Source: Octopus vulgaris
Taxonomy: Eukaryota
Reading direction: 5' to 3'
Assembly: GCA_951406725.2 (NCBI GenBank)
Contig: OX597815.1
Location: 160,890,001-160,954,000 of the forward strand
DNA: 64,000 nucleotides
The notes under the pieces were generated by a model. It was not told the origin of the DNA. It saw nothing but the letters and a program-made list of their open reading frames with translations, and ran no database searches. The translations under genes were made by a program, and so were the position numbers. Positions within the stretch are counted from its first letter, which is position 1. The number at the start of each line of letters is the position of its first letter. This document shows, piece after piece, positions 63,177 through 64,000 of the stretch.

Positions 63177-63510
63177 AGGCACATGACTCAGTGGTTAGAG
63201 TGTCGAGTGCACAATCATGAGATAGTGAGTTTGATACCCGGACTGGGCTGTGTGTTGTGTTCTTGAGCAAGACATTTTATTTCATCTTGCTCCAGTTCAC
63301 TCAGCTGTAGAAATGAGTTGCAACATCACTGGTGCCAAGCTGTATCAGCCTTTGCCTTTCTCTTGGATAACACCGGTGGAATTGAGAGGGGAGGCTGGTA
63401 TGCATGAGCAACTGCTGGTCTTCCATAGACAACCTTGCCCAGAATTGTGTCTCAGAGGGGATCCTTCTATGAAAATCTCATGGTCATTCATGACCAAAGG
63501 GAGTCTTTAC
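63177..63510 (+). mobile_element. SINE family C
   Basis: GGCACATGACTCAGTGGTTAGAG...GGTCATTCATGACCAAAGGGAGTCTTTAC. Confidence 0.88.
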
Positions 63511-63644
63511 ACTTCTTTCTTTTATGTTTATTTATGTAACCCCACATAATATTATCCTATACTGTCCCCAGTATTTTTCTTTTTGTGAAACCTTAGCTGT
63601 AAATAGAGAAAGTATTTATAGTATTATTGTTATTATTATTATCT

Positions 63645-63865
63645 AAGGTGGAGAACTGGCAAAACTGTTAGCCCACTGAGCAAAGTGTTTAGAGGCATTT
63701 TGTTTGTCTTTACATTCTATGTTCAAATGTTGCTGAGATCAACTTTGCCTTTCATCCTTTTGGTATTGATAAAATAAGTACCAGACGAGCACTGGGGTCT
63801 ATGTAATTAACTTACTCCTCTCTCTTAAAATTTCTTGCTTTGTACCAAAATTCAAAGCCATTATT
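63645..63865 (+). mobile_element. SINE family A, older subfamily
   Basis: AAGGTGGAGAACTGGCA..GTTCAAAT..ACTTTGCCTTTCATCCTTTTGG..AAATAAGTACCAG. Confidence 0.75.
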
Positions 63866-64000
63866 TTTTACTGTTATGATGGTGGTAGTAGGGAAGATGA
63901 CAAGTATACTCTCCATCAGTATATATTTATAATAAGTAACCAGTAAGATTCAATAGTGACCAATCAGCTTTGACAAATAGCAAGTATAAGACCTGTTGAA

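Overview
AT-rich, gene-poor eukaryotic DNA with no supportable host protein-coding gene, rRNA, functional tRNA or CRISPR array. The repeat content looks like an octopod cephalopod genome (inference from the tRNA-derived SINE families, not from a database search). Most of the window is SINEs from at least 5 families, microsatellites, TTAA-flanked piggyBac-type MITEs and decayed transposons. These include two Tc1/mariner elements, an hAT (SPIN/GTF2IRD2-like) transposase, a complete non-autonomous Helitron, RTE and CR1-type LINE pieces and several Penelope-like element (PLE) fragments. Nearly all ORFs in the supplied track come from microsatellites or SINEs. The most interesting signal is a set of minimal type I hammerhead ribozyme motifs from several PLE pseudo-LTR families. 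One (49301-49350) has a compensatory G3:C8 core swap (GUGAACA) and sits 10 bp from a perfect, spacerless 232-bp palindrome. Another occurs as an inverted pair (47312-47793). Also notable: a possible two-template chimeric retroposon, a concatemeric SINE inside one target-site duplication (TSD), and a ~120-bp TATA-containing element, not matching any repeat I recognise, duplicated 9.2 kb apart. All calls were made by eye; family labels A-F are my own and boundaries of decayed elements are approximate.
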